Virus record (IMG/VR): IMGVR_UViG_3300032038_000018
Location: 64,377 to 128,376 of that record
Length of the DNA: 64,000 nt
From: a virus
Taxonomy: Duplodnaviria; Caudoviricetes
Strand: one strand, 5' to 3'
In this document: one piece after another, positions 51,820 through 61,630 of the stretch
Numbering within the stretch: the first letter of the stretch is position 1
Layout of the letters: every line of letters starts with the position of its first letter
Made by a program: the position numbers and the translations under genes
The notes under the pieces: model-generated
Seen by the model: only the letters and a program-made list of their open reading frames with translations
Databases searched by the model: none
What the model was told of the DNA's origin: nothing

Positions 51820-53484
51820 ATGATGTGGTATGAACCATACGCTAATCCCGGTGATTGGGCATTAGCAAAAAAAGATAACATAAAAGAATTAGTTTCACAT
51901 TGGCATAATTGTAAATACAATCCTGCTGTAATAAAACCTTTCTTATCAGACGGCAATTTTGATAATTTTACCGCGTTGGCTTATTTGTATAGAAAAACAG
52001 GTGCAAACAGAGATCAAGTTAAAGATCTCGTGAAACTTTGTTTCGATGCACTTGATAAATGCATAGATAGTCACACCGCTTGGAAATTTAATAAATCGCC
52101 TAATGATAATGCTCCTATAGCATTCAATGAATTTTATCATAAAGTATTGGAACTCTCATTGGCATTAGGCACTGAGGGTGCAATTGTTTCTGATAAAATC
52201 ATAAATCATTATGACGATATAGATGATGTACTTAAAGATCAATTCGTTACTGCTATAATCCATATGTATGGAATATCTATGGGTATTTATACAGATGCAG
52301 CACAAGAACGTACAGTTGACTTTAATTATGCACAGTCTATTGTGAAAGAAATTATCAAGAAAATAAATGTCGACAATGCTGGTAGAAAAAGTATCTATAT
52401 GCAATTAGAGCATACTAGTGCATTTACTACATATGCATATGCACTTATTTCCCATGGTATAGATGATGATCTCAAGACATTCAATATCATATTTAATATG
52501 GTAGCTGATTATTTTGAGAAAGATTCAAATTACAAGATAGTATCTAAGATAATGCCTAATATTGATCCGGATGTGATTCATGATGTATATAATACATTAA
52601 AGAGTGTATCTGTTACTAATGATGCCGGCAATCAATCTTCTACAGCAGCAATGATTGCAGGGTCTGGTTATTCTAAAGATGATTTATGTAAAGTTACAAG
52701 ACTTTGCATAAATAATTTAAATCAATTTGGCGGAGTTTGCTTAGATAAATCTTGTGAAGAAGCTATTATAAAAGGTATAATGGAATACAAACCTGCAAAT
52801 GAGCAATTATTTGCCGGACCGTATGATATAGATAAAGAATTAACTATTCTTGAATATATGACTATGGGTGGAACCATTGCTACAGAAGCATCTGAGGATG
52901 AAGACGAGGATGAAGATTATGAGCCTAGGAGAAAATCTGTAAAAGATGTAAGCAATGATGAATTTGACAGTGAAGGTTTTGACAAACCTAAGCCTAAGAG
53001 AGACTTTGATTCCGAGTATAGGAAATTCAAAAGCAATGCATCTAAGGTAGCTACAAGCATAGATAAAGTTGCAGATACAGTTAAGAACTTTGCTCTTAGC
53101 ACAACTCCCGAAAGAGGTGAAAGAAAAGTTCTTAAGAATGATAGCTTAACTAAAGTGCTTGCAAGATTATTTGCTACTATAGCAATATTTGATGTAAGCA
53201 AATTCTTAGGCGTACTCTGGATAATTGTTAGAATTGCAAACTCTAAGAAAACTACAGAGCGTGAAAGAGTAAAGCTCATTACTGAAATTAAGAATGAGAT
53301 TGAGCTTATAGATGATCAGCTTAATTCAGTAGAAACACCTGAAGCTAAAACCAGTCTTATTAAGACTAGACAAAATCTCAAGGACGCTCTTAGAAAGATT
53401 CAATCTAATAAAGCTAAATATATGACAGATGGTGCTAAGCAAGCAGTTGTTGATATGAGAGAAAAAAATAAAGTTAGGACTTAA
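51820..53484 (+). CDS. Putative internal head/virion protein
   Basis: Head gene cluster; IATEASED site before a basic helical C-domain with a hydrophobic hairpin. Confidence 0.55.
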   Translation: MMWYEPYANPGDWALAKKDNIKELVSHWHNCKYNPAVIKPFLSDGNFDNFTALAYLYRKTGANRDQVKDLVKLCFDALDKCIDSHTAWKFNKSPNDNAPIAFNEFYHKVLELSLALGTEGAIVSDKIINHYDDIDDVLKDQFVTAIIHMYGISMGIYTDAAQERTVDFNYAQSIVKEIIKKINVDNAGRKSIYMQLEHTSAFTTYAYALISHGIDDDLKTFNIIFNMVADYFEKDSNYKIVSKIMPNIDPDVIHDVYNTLKSVSVTNDAGNQSSTAAMIAGSGYSKDDLCKVTRLCINNLNQFGGVCLDKSCEEAIIKGIMEYKPANEQLFAGPYDIDKELTILEYMTMGGTIATEASEDEDEDEDYEPRRKSVKDVSNDEFDSEGFDKPKPKRDFDSEYRKFKSNASKVATSIDKVADTVKNFALSTTPERGERKVLKNDSLTKVLARLFATIAIFDVSKFLGVLWIIVRIANSKKTTERERVKLITEIKNEIELIDDQLNSVETPEAKTSLIKTRQNLKDALRKIQSNKAKYMTDGAKQAVVDMREKNKVRT

Positions 53485-53504
53485 GATTGGAGGTAGAATG
53501 CCAT

Positions 53505-54944
53505 ATGAGCTTAGAAGGAGCATATGATACCACCATATTAGATCTAGATCAATGTTTAATGGAAAATAAAACTAGGCATAGATCTCCAATAATACATCTA
53601 CCTGAATTATTCATGTATGGATATGAATACAAAGATGTATTAGAATGTGCTAATAATTTCAAAAGTTGTTCATTGGATAAATCTGACGATCCGGTGGTTA
53701 ATACAGTAAATTATTATAGTCACAAATATGAAGGTAAAATAGCACCAGAATCTCTAAACGAAATTCTGGATATAATCTATGAGCATGCTTATGCTATATT
53801 CCATATAGCTAAAGATGGCACAACTTATCTGGCATCTGTTAAAGAAGATGCGGATGATATTTGCATAGATTCCGTATGCTTACAATGGAATCAGATGCCG
53901 GATCAAAATTGTGATGTTCGTGTATTATGGTCAAATCATAATACATTCATGAACTTTGAGGATTTCTCAAAATCTATGTTTGATAAATTCCATAGTGATG
54001 ATTATGTAATGAATAAAAATCTAAAGAAGATATTAGACATAGATCAAGATGCAAAAGATAGGTTTGATAAGATGCCGTATTTCTCTTATGCTGCAGAAGA
54101 AACAAATGATGATAGCTTTGATGATTTTGAAGCATCATTAGAGAATATCGATTTTGATTTTGATGATATAAGAGAAGATGAATTTGTATTGTCTGTAGCT
54201 ACTGAGGCTGATGGTCTTAGTGATCTTGAAAATATGACAGGCAATGAGCCTCAAGGTCAACCAGCGCCACAACCGTCTGGCGGTAGTAGAAGACCTAGGC
54301 GTGCTAGAAGAAGATCTCAGAACCCTGTTGATGATTTAGAGCAGATGACTAACGATGATGCTCCTGCAGATGCACCTCAACAACAAGGTGCTACTACAGA
54401 AGATGATACAGCTGAAGCTAGAGAAGTCGACATAGCTCAAATGACTAATGACCAAATGGAGCAAAATGGAGACGCTAGTTCAGAAGATCAACTCGACGGG
54501 AATGCTGAAGGAGAAGATGCTCTTCCTGAAGAAGATCTCGGCGGTGATGAATCCGGTGATACCGGTTTAGATGATACAGGAGCAGATGAGAATAGTGAAG
54601 AAGAAGACGATACTAAGCTATTAAATGATCCTGAATCTAAAGAGGTGTATAGACAGCGATTCATCGCATTGTACAAACATATAAATGATGTTATTGATAC
54701 ACTAGAGCGTTTCACACCAACGTACAACATAAAATGCACTAGTGATTATTATAATATCCAGAATGATATACACAAGCTAAAGACAGCTATATATAAAATT
54801 TGCACAGAGAAAATAGTCGATATGCAAACTGTAGATGTCATGAATGCGTACCTAACTGCTAATTATGCTTATGACTCAATAGGAGAAATGCTTAAAGAAT
54901 TCTTTAGGAAATATCATATTGAAAGACAGCATGAGAAGAAGTAA
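53505..54944 (+). CDS. Putative prohead core/scaffold-like protein
   Basis: Directly upstream of the MCP gene; acidic disordered region; SLE, AAE and ATE motifs. Confidence 0.5.
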   Translation: MSLEGAYDTTILDLDQCLMENKTRHRSPIIHLPELFMYGYEYKDVLECANNFKSCSLDKSDDPVVNTVNYYSHKYEGKIAPESLNEILDIIYEHAYAIFHIAKDGTTYLASVKEDADDICIDSVCLQWNQMPDQNCDVRVLWSNHNTFMNFEDFSKSMFDKFHSDDYVMNKNLKKILDIDQDAKDRFDKMPYFSYAAEETNDDSFDDFEASLENIDFDFDDIREDEFVLSVATEADGLSDLENMTGNEPQGQPAPQPSGGSRRPRRARRRSQNPVDDLEQMTNDDAPADAPQQQGATTEDDTAEAREVDIAQMTNDQMEQNGDASSEDQLDGNAEGEDALPEEDLGGDESGDTGLDDTGADENSEEEDDTKLLNDPESKEVYRQRFIALYKHINDVIDTLERFTPTYNIKCTSDYYNIQNDIHKLKTAIYKICTEKIVDMQTVDVMNAYLTANYAYDSIGEMLKEFFRKYHIERQHEKK

Positions 54945-54973
54945 ATATGCATCAGAGTGATGTCAAAATGGAT

Positions 54974-54987
54974 AACACAGTTATAAT
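54974..54987 (+). promoter_or_regulatory. Putative late promoter AACA-N6-TAAT of the major capsid gene
   Basis: Recurrent motif. Confidence 0.65.
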
Positions 54988-55037
54988 TAACAATAACCTC
55001 AAAAAATATGAAATTTTTATATAAGGAGGAAATATAT

Positions 55038-57020
55038 ATGCCTTTTTCTAATGATATGGCTACCAAAGTTATAGGTAATACCTATGACTCTGATAAGTCT
55101 TTAGGCTTTAAGGCAGACGTTCAGAACATTATTGAACAGTATGCACTTGAGAATGTAAACTTCACTCGCGACATGGATAGAATTCTTTCTAGAGAAGATA
55201 CCAAGAGCGATTTCATTGATAGATGTCTTGAATCTGTAAACGCTACAGAAGCAATGCATGATTCTTCAATGGTATCCGATGGCTTCTATAATAACTATTC
55301 TGAGAGACTTGGTCAGCTCATTAAGAACTCCTGCGATCAGATAGCTCGAGAGGCTGTTATGACTGGTTATTCTCCCATCGTATCCTATGCACCCTTCTTT
55401 ATCAAGAAGCAGTGGGTAGCTTGCGTATGGAAAGATGCTCTTATGTCTGAAGTAGCAACATCTCCTATCCTTAACTATAAATTTGAGAAGAGATATCTCA
55501 AGACTAAGGATGGCACAAGATATGCTATTCCTGATGTATACTATGATAAGGCTTTAATGGCTAAGCTGTATGGCAATGCCACTGGCTTTAACATTAGCAC
55601 AAAGCATCTTAATAGCGGTAAGGGTATCGAGCTCACAAATGGTTCTAAGTCCATCGCTGTAATCGATGCTCAGACTGTTACAAACAGCCTCATCGAAGCT
55701 CATAACATCAATGCTATGTATGATGCTGGTGAAGACTTCACTGCTCCTGCTAGAATTGCTGATGTTCTTACTCAGGATATCTACATTTCTTCTGTAACAG
55801 TTAAGTATCCCACACCTGTATCTACTAAGGATGATACAGTTTCTACTTACACTGAAACATCTTCTCAGCTTCCTACTAACATCAGAATCGATATCACTAC
55901 TCATAACTTCATTAAGGGTAAGATTGAATTTGTTGTTAAGGATGCTACTGGTAAGCCTTACTACAAGTCTACTCCTATCACAATTAGTGGTACAGATTAT
56001 GTATTCCCTGTACTCGAAGACGATGCAAGGTCTACTGGTGAAATATTCAGCGTAGTTGATGAGATCGTTGGTAACGTTGACTTCGATACTACTATCGTAA
56101 ACGTATTTGCTTCTAAGGGTAATGTAACATACTTCAACCTTGGTGGTAAGATTGCCAACAGGTTCAACCACAGATCTCTGGACGTTGAGCGTAGAGTTGA
56201 GCAGCTTCAGTATGTAATGCCTGAGTCCGGTCCTAGACTGAACTCTGCAGTTACAGTTGAAGAAGCTTCTGATGCTATTGCTCTCGGCAAGATCGATATG
56301 TTCGCAGATAATGCAGACATGATGGGTGATGCACTCGCTAACCTCAACGACTTCTCTATGAGGACATTTGTTCAGGATTCCTTCAATGCACAGAAGGATA
56401 TCACCAGAAACGAACACGGCTTTGCTGTTGGTCCTGATGGTTTCGAGTCTCTGGTTGAAGAGGGCGGCTTCTCTGCAATGCCTGCTACTGGATACAGCAA
56501 CAATGTATCTACATGGATGGCTGATGCTAAGGAATACTTCGAGAGATTCCTTGAGAACCTCAAGCTCAAGCTGAAGACTCCTGAAGTAACTGTAGTTTGC
56601 GTATGCCATCCTACACTCGTTAGGTACATCCGTGCTGAAGTTAAGTGGATCTTCTCTGATCAGACTGACGTATCTGGTCTTAAGATTCAGTATAACCTTG
56701 GTATTTCTAATATCAATGGTGACCGTCTCCATATCATCTCTTCTCAGTATGTAAGTGCTGACGATGGTATTTATACTATACTTATTCCTACAACTACTGA
56801 GCTTATTACATTTAAGAATGTATTCTATTCTGTAGTAGTAGATAGAGGATACAGGAACCCTGTTGAGTCTCTGGTTCCCAACATCATGGCAACTCAGAGA
56901 ATGCTCACATTCGAAGTTATACCTGTACAGGGTAGATTCTATATCAGCGGCAGGGACAAGAACTCTCCTACTTCTTACTTCAATGCAGACAATCCTGTTT
57001 GGACAAAGACTGCTCCGTAA
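55038..57020 (+). CDS. Major capsid protein precursor
   Basis: 660 aa, strongest codon bias in the window, AAGGAGG RBS, N-terminal ALE/ATE/ARE sites, near the protease, own promoter and terminator. Confidence 0.75.
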   Translation: MPFSNDMATKVIGNTYDSDKSLGFKADVQNIIEQYALENVNFTRDMDRILSREDTKSDFIDRCLESVNATEAMHDSSMVSDGFYNNYSERLGQLIKNSCDQIAREAVMTGYSPIVSYAPFFIKKQWVACVWKDALMSEVATSPILNYKFEKRYLKTKDGTRYAIPDVYYDKALMAKLYGNATGFNISTKHLNSGKGIELTNGSKSIAVIDAQTVTNSLIEAHNINAMYDAGEDFTAPARIADVLTQDIYISSVTVKYPTPVSTKDDTVSTYTETSSQLPTNIRIDITTHNFIKGKIEFVVKDATGKPYYKSTPITISGTDYVFPVLEDDARSTGEIFSVVDEIVGNVDFDTTIVNVFASKGNVTYFNLGGKIANRFNHRSLDVERRVEQLQYVMPESGPRLNSAVTVEEASDAIALGKIDMFADNADMMGDALANLNDFSMRTFVQDSFNAQKDITRNEHGFAVGPDGFESLVEEGGFSAMPATGYSNNVSTWMADAKEYFERFLENLKLKLKTPEVTVVCVCHPTLVRYIRAEVKWIFSDQTDVSGLKIQYNLGISNINGDRLHIISSQYVSADDGIYTILIPTTTELITFKNVFYSVVVDRGYRNPVESLVPNIMATQRMLTFEVIPVQGRFYISGRDKNSPTSYFNADNPVWTKTAP

Positions 57021-57043
57021 CAGTAAGATTGCTATGTATTCAC

Positions 57044-57077
57044 ATGTGTCTGGAGTTTATCTCCAGACACATTTTTC
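57044..57077 (+). terminator. Terminator after the MCP gene
   Basis: ATGTGTCTGGAG/CTCCAGACACAT stem followed by a T-run. Confidence 0.75.
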
Positions 57078-57222
57078 TGTATTATGGCGAAAAATAATAT
57101 CGTATCTATCGGAGTTAGATACGATATTTTTGTTCTTTGGGAGAAGAACCGATAGGCGGGTCATATTCGGAATCTAATATGACGTTACTTTATTGTTTTA
57201 GTCGTCTATTTTTCTATCAAAG

Positions 57223-57236
57223 GACATTTTCATAAT
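57223..57236 (+). promoter_or_regulatory. Putative late promoter GACA-N6-TAAT
   Basis: Recurrent motif. Confidence 0.55.
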
Positions 57237-57266
57237 ATTTCTAAAACGAAAAGAGATGATGATAAA

Positions 57267-57902
57267 ATGCATGTTGATGTAAATGGACGAATACATAGAA
57301 TGAACGACATGGGTCTATATAAAGTAGTTAAACTCCTGAAGAATGAAAAACCTATGGGTGATTATAAGAAATGCATGAGAGCATTAAATAGTAATCCATG
57401 GTTATTTGCTGATATTCATGTATCTGCCAATACTAACAGGACTAATATCTTCTTGGATAAGATTAATTCTGTAGTAAAGGAAGATGATAACATAATATGC
57501 TTGGGAGATTTAATGAATAAGCATACAGGAACTCCTGCTATGGTAAAAGATTTCGTTAAGCGTATAAACTGTAAGAATAAATTCTTGATATTGGGGAATA
57601 ATGACTTTCTTAAAATAGAGCAGTATATAAATATGGGTTTCGTATATGTAACTGATCATATTACTGCTAATATAGATGGTAAGAAAGTTATATTGACTCA
57701 TTGCCCTATTCCTATAAAGAAAGATGTAATCAACATACATGGTCATATACATGGTAGTGGTAGATACTGGAATATGAATCCTGAAAATCACTATGATGTA
57801 TTTGTTGGAACAGATGAAGAACCTGATATAGTAAGATACAATACATTATTGGGGTTACCCGATAAGCATAATGATATTATTGGTGGTGATATAAATGGCT
57901 AA
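57267..57902 (+). CDS. Calcineurin-like metallophosphoesterase
   Basis: ADIH, LGDL, GNND (GNHD variant), THCP and HGHIH motifs. Confidence 0.8.
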   Translation: MHVDVNGRIHRMNDMGLYKVVKLLKNEKPMGDYKKCMRALNSNPWLFADIHVSANTNRTNIFLDKINSVVKEDDNIICLGDLMNKHTGTPAMVKDFVKRINCKNKFLILGNNDFLKIEQYINMGFVYVTDHITANIDGKKVILTHCPIPIKKDVINIHGHIHGSGRYWNMNPENHYDVFVGTDEEPDIVRYNTLLGLPDKHNDIIGGDING

Positions 57903-59574
57903 AAATATAATGAGCAAACATGTTGCTCCTGATAATCATTTGGGAATAGATTTAGTTACTGATAAAATTATTGATGGTAATATAGAGTTATTAGGTATTA
58001 AAGAAGTTACGAATCCTATTAACTTTGAACGTGGTGGAATACCTACTGTAGATGGATTATTCTCAGAAGTTATATTTGGAGTTACTACTGACGAAAGAAG
58101 ATTAACTTGGGGCTATATAGACCTAGGATGCAAAGTAGTGCATCCGTATATATTTTATGTATTGTGCGCTATACAGCAAAATATAAGCCAAATATTTGAA
58201 GGTAAAGGATCATGGAAAGTTACTGAAGATGGAGATCTAATTGCAGTTAAGGAAGATGATCCTAAATATAATCCTGATAATACGGGCGTAGAATGGTTCG
58301 TTAAGAACTATAAGAATATAAAGTTTAAGAAGAATAAATCTAGGGAAAGAAACGAAAAAATAAATCTGCTTAATACATTTAAGCCAGATGATATATTTAT
58401 ATCTAAATGGTTAGTAATACCTGTATTCTATAGAGACTTAGAGACTAAGGATGGTCCTCTAAAGATTCCACCTATAAATAAAGAATACATGAATCTGATT
58501 AGATATGCCCAGTCTATTAAGTATGAGTCATTAGAAATGGATATGATGACTAATCTAACCAGATATAACATACAGATCACATTAGGGAATATCCAGAGAT
58601 ATTATCAAGAGATAATACAAAAATCTGATGGATTCTTTAAGCAGTATGTAATAGGTAAAAACCCAGACTATGGTGTTAGATCTGTTATCTCGTGTCCTGT
58701 ATTAACTGAATACGATAGACCTGAAGATATGCCTATAGATATGAATACTACAGGATTTCCATTATCTGAAGTATTGGGAATGTTATTTCCTTTTATACAG
58801 AGATGGGTATATAACTGGTTCTTAAATGAAGTTGAGACCATAGGTACACAAGGTATAGCGATGTCCAAAAAAGATAAATCAGAAAGTACTGTATACTTTG
58901 ATGATCCGGGATCTAAATTTACTCCTGACTATATAGCAAAGAAAATCTCATCTTGGATAGATAACTATGAGTCTAGATTTGAATTAATAACACTAGACGT
59001 ATATACAATTGATAAAAATGGTAAAGAAGTATATACTGAAGCTCCAATTAAATTCTCGGGAATACCGTTTAGCGATAATGCAGAAAATGCATATTCATCA
59101 GAAATTGTTAATAGATATATGACATGGACTGATATATTCTATATAGCTGCAGTAGAGTGTTCGGATGATAAATATGCATGGGTGACTAGATATCCTCTCA
59201 CATCATATTTAGGCACATTCCCGACAAAAATATTTGTCTTATCTACCGTAAAAACTATGCCTATACGAATGAACATAAATGGCGAAGTTAAAGAATATAA
59301 GTATTATCCTGTTATAGATTTAACTAAATCTACATTGGAAGTATCAAGATCATTTAATGAGACAGTTAATATGGCTAACTCTATTCTTGACTCTATAGGT
59401 GGCGACTATGATGGTGATACTATATCAGCTAAAGGTATCTATAGTATAGAAGCAAACCAAGAAATCAATAGAATTCTTTATGAGCCGACACATTATATTG
59501 CTAACTCAGGTAATCTCGTTGCTAAAATGACAAATGAAGGTACTCTTACATTATACTCTATGACGAGAGATTAA
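57895..59574 (+). CDS. Multisubunit RNA polymerase beta-prime N-terminal/catalytic subunit (probably the virion RNAP)
   Basis: GLFSEVIFG, WGYIDL, GKNPDYGVRSVI, RYP and catalytic GGDYDGD. Confidence 0.9.
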   Translation: MAKNIMSKHVAPDNHLGIDLVTDKIIDGNIELLGIKEVTNPINFERGGIPTVDGLFSEVIFGVTTDERRLTWGYIDLGCKVVHPYIFYVLCAIQQNISQIFEGKGSWKVTEDGDLIAVKEDDPKYNPDNTGVEWFVKNYKNIKFKKNKSRERNEKINLLNTFKPDDIFISKWLVIPVFYRDLETKDGPLKIPPINKEYMNLIRYAQSIKYESLEMDMMTNLTRYNIQITLGNIQRYYQEIIQKSDGFFKQYVIGKNPDYGVRSVISCPVLTEYDRPEDMPIDMNTTGFPLSEVLGMLFPFIQRWVYNWFLNEVETIGTQGIAMSKKDKSESTVYFDDPGSKFTPDYIAKKISSWIDNYESRFELITLDVYTIDKNGKEVYTEAPIKFSGIPFSDNAENAYSSEIVNRYMTWTDIFYIAAVECSDDKYAWVTRYPLTSYLGTFPTKIFVLSTVKTMPIRMNINGEVKEYKYYPVIDLTKSTLEVSRSFNETVNMANSILDSIGGDYDGDTISAKGIYSIEANQEINRILYEPTHYIANSGNLVAKMTNEGTLTLYSMTRD

Positions 59575-59581
59575 CAAAAAA

Positions 59582-59621
59582 AAATAGCTATACTAGAGAT
59601 CATTCTCTAGTATAGCTATTT
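59582..59621. terminator. Bidirectional terminator
   Basis: AAATAGCTATACTAGAG/CTCTAGTATAGCTATTT inverted repeat between convergent genes. Confidence 0.7.
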
Positions 59622-59630
59622 ATTCGCACA

Positions 59631-59993
59631 TTAGAACTCTGCGTCCTCATTATTACATACAGGGTTAATCTTAGGACGATGCCGGAAATCTACGGTACAG
59701 TATGTGATCATCTTTCCTTTAAATTTCGTCTTATATATAGTGAATTGTGTATGAAATATAGGAATGATACCTGTACTAAATGCAGGTAACACGTCTATGC
59801 TTTCGAGAAATTCTGCTATGGTTTCTGACGTAATAGCGTTCTCAGATTCGTCATATGGAAAATACTCCATACGACGAAAGTCGAACATGAATTCGACTGC
59901 ATCTGACGTCTTCTTAAACTTATCTATCTCTTCTTTGAGATAAGCAAAGTATTCGTCAGGCGCCATACGCTTAAGTTGTGTGTAAACATTCAT
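59631..59993 (-). CDS. Hypothetical protein (early-type promoter)
   Basis: GGAGG RBS before the ATG at 59993; TTATATATCAT at 60042-60052. Confidence 0.55.
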   Translation of the reverse strand: MNVYTQLKRMAPDEYFAYLKEEIDKFKKTSDAVEFMFDFRRMEYFPYDESENAITSETIAEFLESIDVLPAFSTGIIPIFHTQFTIYKTKFKGKMITYCTVDFRHRPKINPVCNNEDAEF

Positions 59994-60079
59994 AATTTTA
60001 TACCTCCAGTATAAGTAAATTGGTGGATAGATATCGTATATATGATATATAATCATATATCAAGATGACAATGGTATTT

Positions 60080-60451
60080 TTACAATTTATCTGTATTGCA
60101 CAATTCTGCTACATAAATCAATGCGTCATCTTTAAGTACAGCATATAATTTTATTGTAGATGAGAATATAGTCTTTGGATCGGTGTCGTCATCAATGTCA
60201 AACAATGGTACTATATCATGAACGACGATTAGCATATGAAATAGTTCCCACATATTTGATGATGTATACTGATTTTCATCACAATCAGTAAACCATATTA
60301 ATGCCATATTTCTATGAGAACCTTTTTCAAAATTCTTGGCATTGTTTGTTTTCATGTCTTCAATCAGTGCGGATAGAAGACAGATCTGCTCCTTTAGATT
60401 ATAATTATCAATAACGATTCCCGCTGGTGTTACTATAGCCGTTTTATCCAT
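60080..60451 (-). CDS. Hypothetical protein (early-type promoter)
   Basis: AAAGGAG RBS; TTATATATCAT at 60501-60511. Confidence 0.55.
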   Translation of the reverse strand: MDKTAIVTPAGIVIDNYNLKEQICLLSALIEDMKTNNAKNFEKGSHRNMALIWFTDCDENQYTSSNMWELFHMLIVVHDIVPLFDIDDDTDPKTIFSSTIKLYAVLKDDALIYVAELCNTDKL

Positions 60452-60569
60452 TAGAATTACTCCTTTCTATTATGACAAAATAGTTTATCATTACTATTAT
60501 ATGATATATAATTTAAGCTTAAATAAAATATACCTATGGGAATCCCATAGGTATATTTTAAATATAAGT

Positions 60570-61112
60570 CTAATCAATTTTGCCAGTATGAAGCCTTTTA
60601 TATGCATATACAATTTCATCTGCATGATGCTGCAATATACTATCATTACCACCATCAATTGTGTTCAATACCAAAATATCGCCATTTGTAGCTAGAGACA
60701 CTTGAATCAATACATCATTTAGCCTGTTATAGTCACTTGCAGATGAAATAATAATTCGTTCACTCCAATCGGTTGGAAATTTATTCTGCATTCTTACGAT
60801 ATTACGGCCTAATTCATACATACATATTGGCTGATCGCTATTGCCAGAAGAGAAAAACATCGAGAATATGTTAGCTTTTTCTAAGTATCTAAATTCCCAT
60901 TCTATTTGAGCTTGTGCAGCACTCGCATCACCTATTGGAAAATTTTCTCTCCTAGGATTAAATAGTACCAAATCATCTACATCATGCTTAGAATTGATAT
61001 ACTCAATTAGGTCATTTTGCCAATTGGGACAATTGGTTATTCCACCTGCAAGAAATACAGATACTTCATCATCTTGTAATTTGTAATCTTCCGGAGCTGT
61101 TATTACTCGCAT
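60570..61112 (-). CDS. Nucleoside 2-deoxyribosyltransferase-like protein
   Basis: VFLAGGI..WQ, LFNPRR, QIEWE and PICMYELG motifs. Confidence 0.8.
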   Translation of the reverse strand: MRVITAPEDYKLQDDEVSVFLAGGITNCPNWQNDLIEYINSKHDVDDLVLFNPRRENFPIGDASAAQAQIEWEFRYLEKANIFSMFFSSGNSDQPICMYELGRNIVRMQNKFPTDWSERIIISSASDYNRLNDVLIQVSLATNGDILVLNTIDGGNDSILQHHADEIVYAYKRLHTGKID

Positions 61113-61144
61113 AATAATACATCCTTTCTAGTTTATCGAAAAAA

Positions 61145-61158
61145 AACAAAATTATAAT
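61145..61158 (+). promoter_or_regulatory. Putative late promoter AACA-N6-TAAT
   Basis: Recurrent motif. Confidence 0.55.
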
Positions 61159-61183
61159 TAATTTCCGGAAGGAGTAAATTATT

Positions 61184-61630
61184 ATGAATGACATATTCGA
61201 TTACGACTTCTTCGAAAATGCCATAGAAGATGTGGGCGCATATGATGATTATGATGACGCATACGAAGATGTAGACATGTTCGATGAGAACTACTTTGAA
61301 GCTATGGAAGGCCCTGCTAGAGATTATAGGCATACACAGAATGCGGGTAAGAAACGTAAACAGATTAGAGCAGAACGTGAAGACAATTGGAGTAGCACAT
61401 ATGGCCCATATACTACAGATTTTAATCCAAAGGAAAGGCTCAACCAATATGTGCGAAAAGAGCTAAGATATGCCAATCAACGAACTAATTCAAAATCCAA
61501 TGTCGGCCCAAACACAATTAAGCGTACGCGCACCGACAACGATGGCAATGTGTATTCTGTACAAGCCGAACAGCGCAATGTAATGGATATTCGTAGGAAT
61601 GGCTTAAAAGGACCCAAAACATACGCTTAA
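61184..61630 (+). CDS. Putative internal head protein (acidic propeptide, AMEG site, basic mature part)
   Basis: D/E/Y/F-rich leader ending EAMEG; R/K-rich remainder. Confidence 0.65.
   Translation: MNDIFDYDFFENAIEDVGAYDDYDDAYEDVDMFDENYFEAMEGPARDYRHTQNAGKKRKQIRAEREDNWSSTYGPYTTDFNPKERLNQYVRKELRYANQRTNSKSNVGPNTIKRTRTDNDGNVYSVQAEQRNVMDIRRNGLKGPKTYA

Noticed and set aside
55554-56732. 392-aa antisense ORF within the MCP gene, and similar shadow ORFs in the sheath, tube and 5275 genes
   Set aside because: Expected from the strong codon bias of the sense genes; no RBS or recognisable motifs
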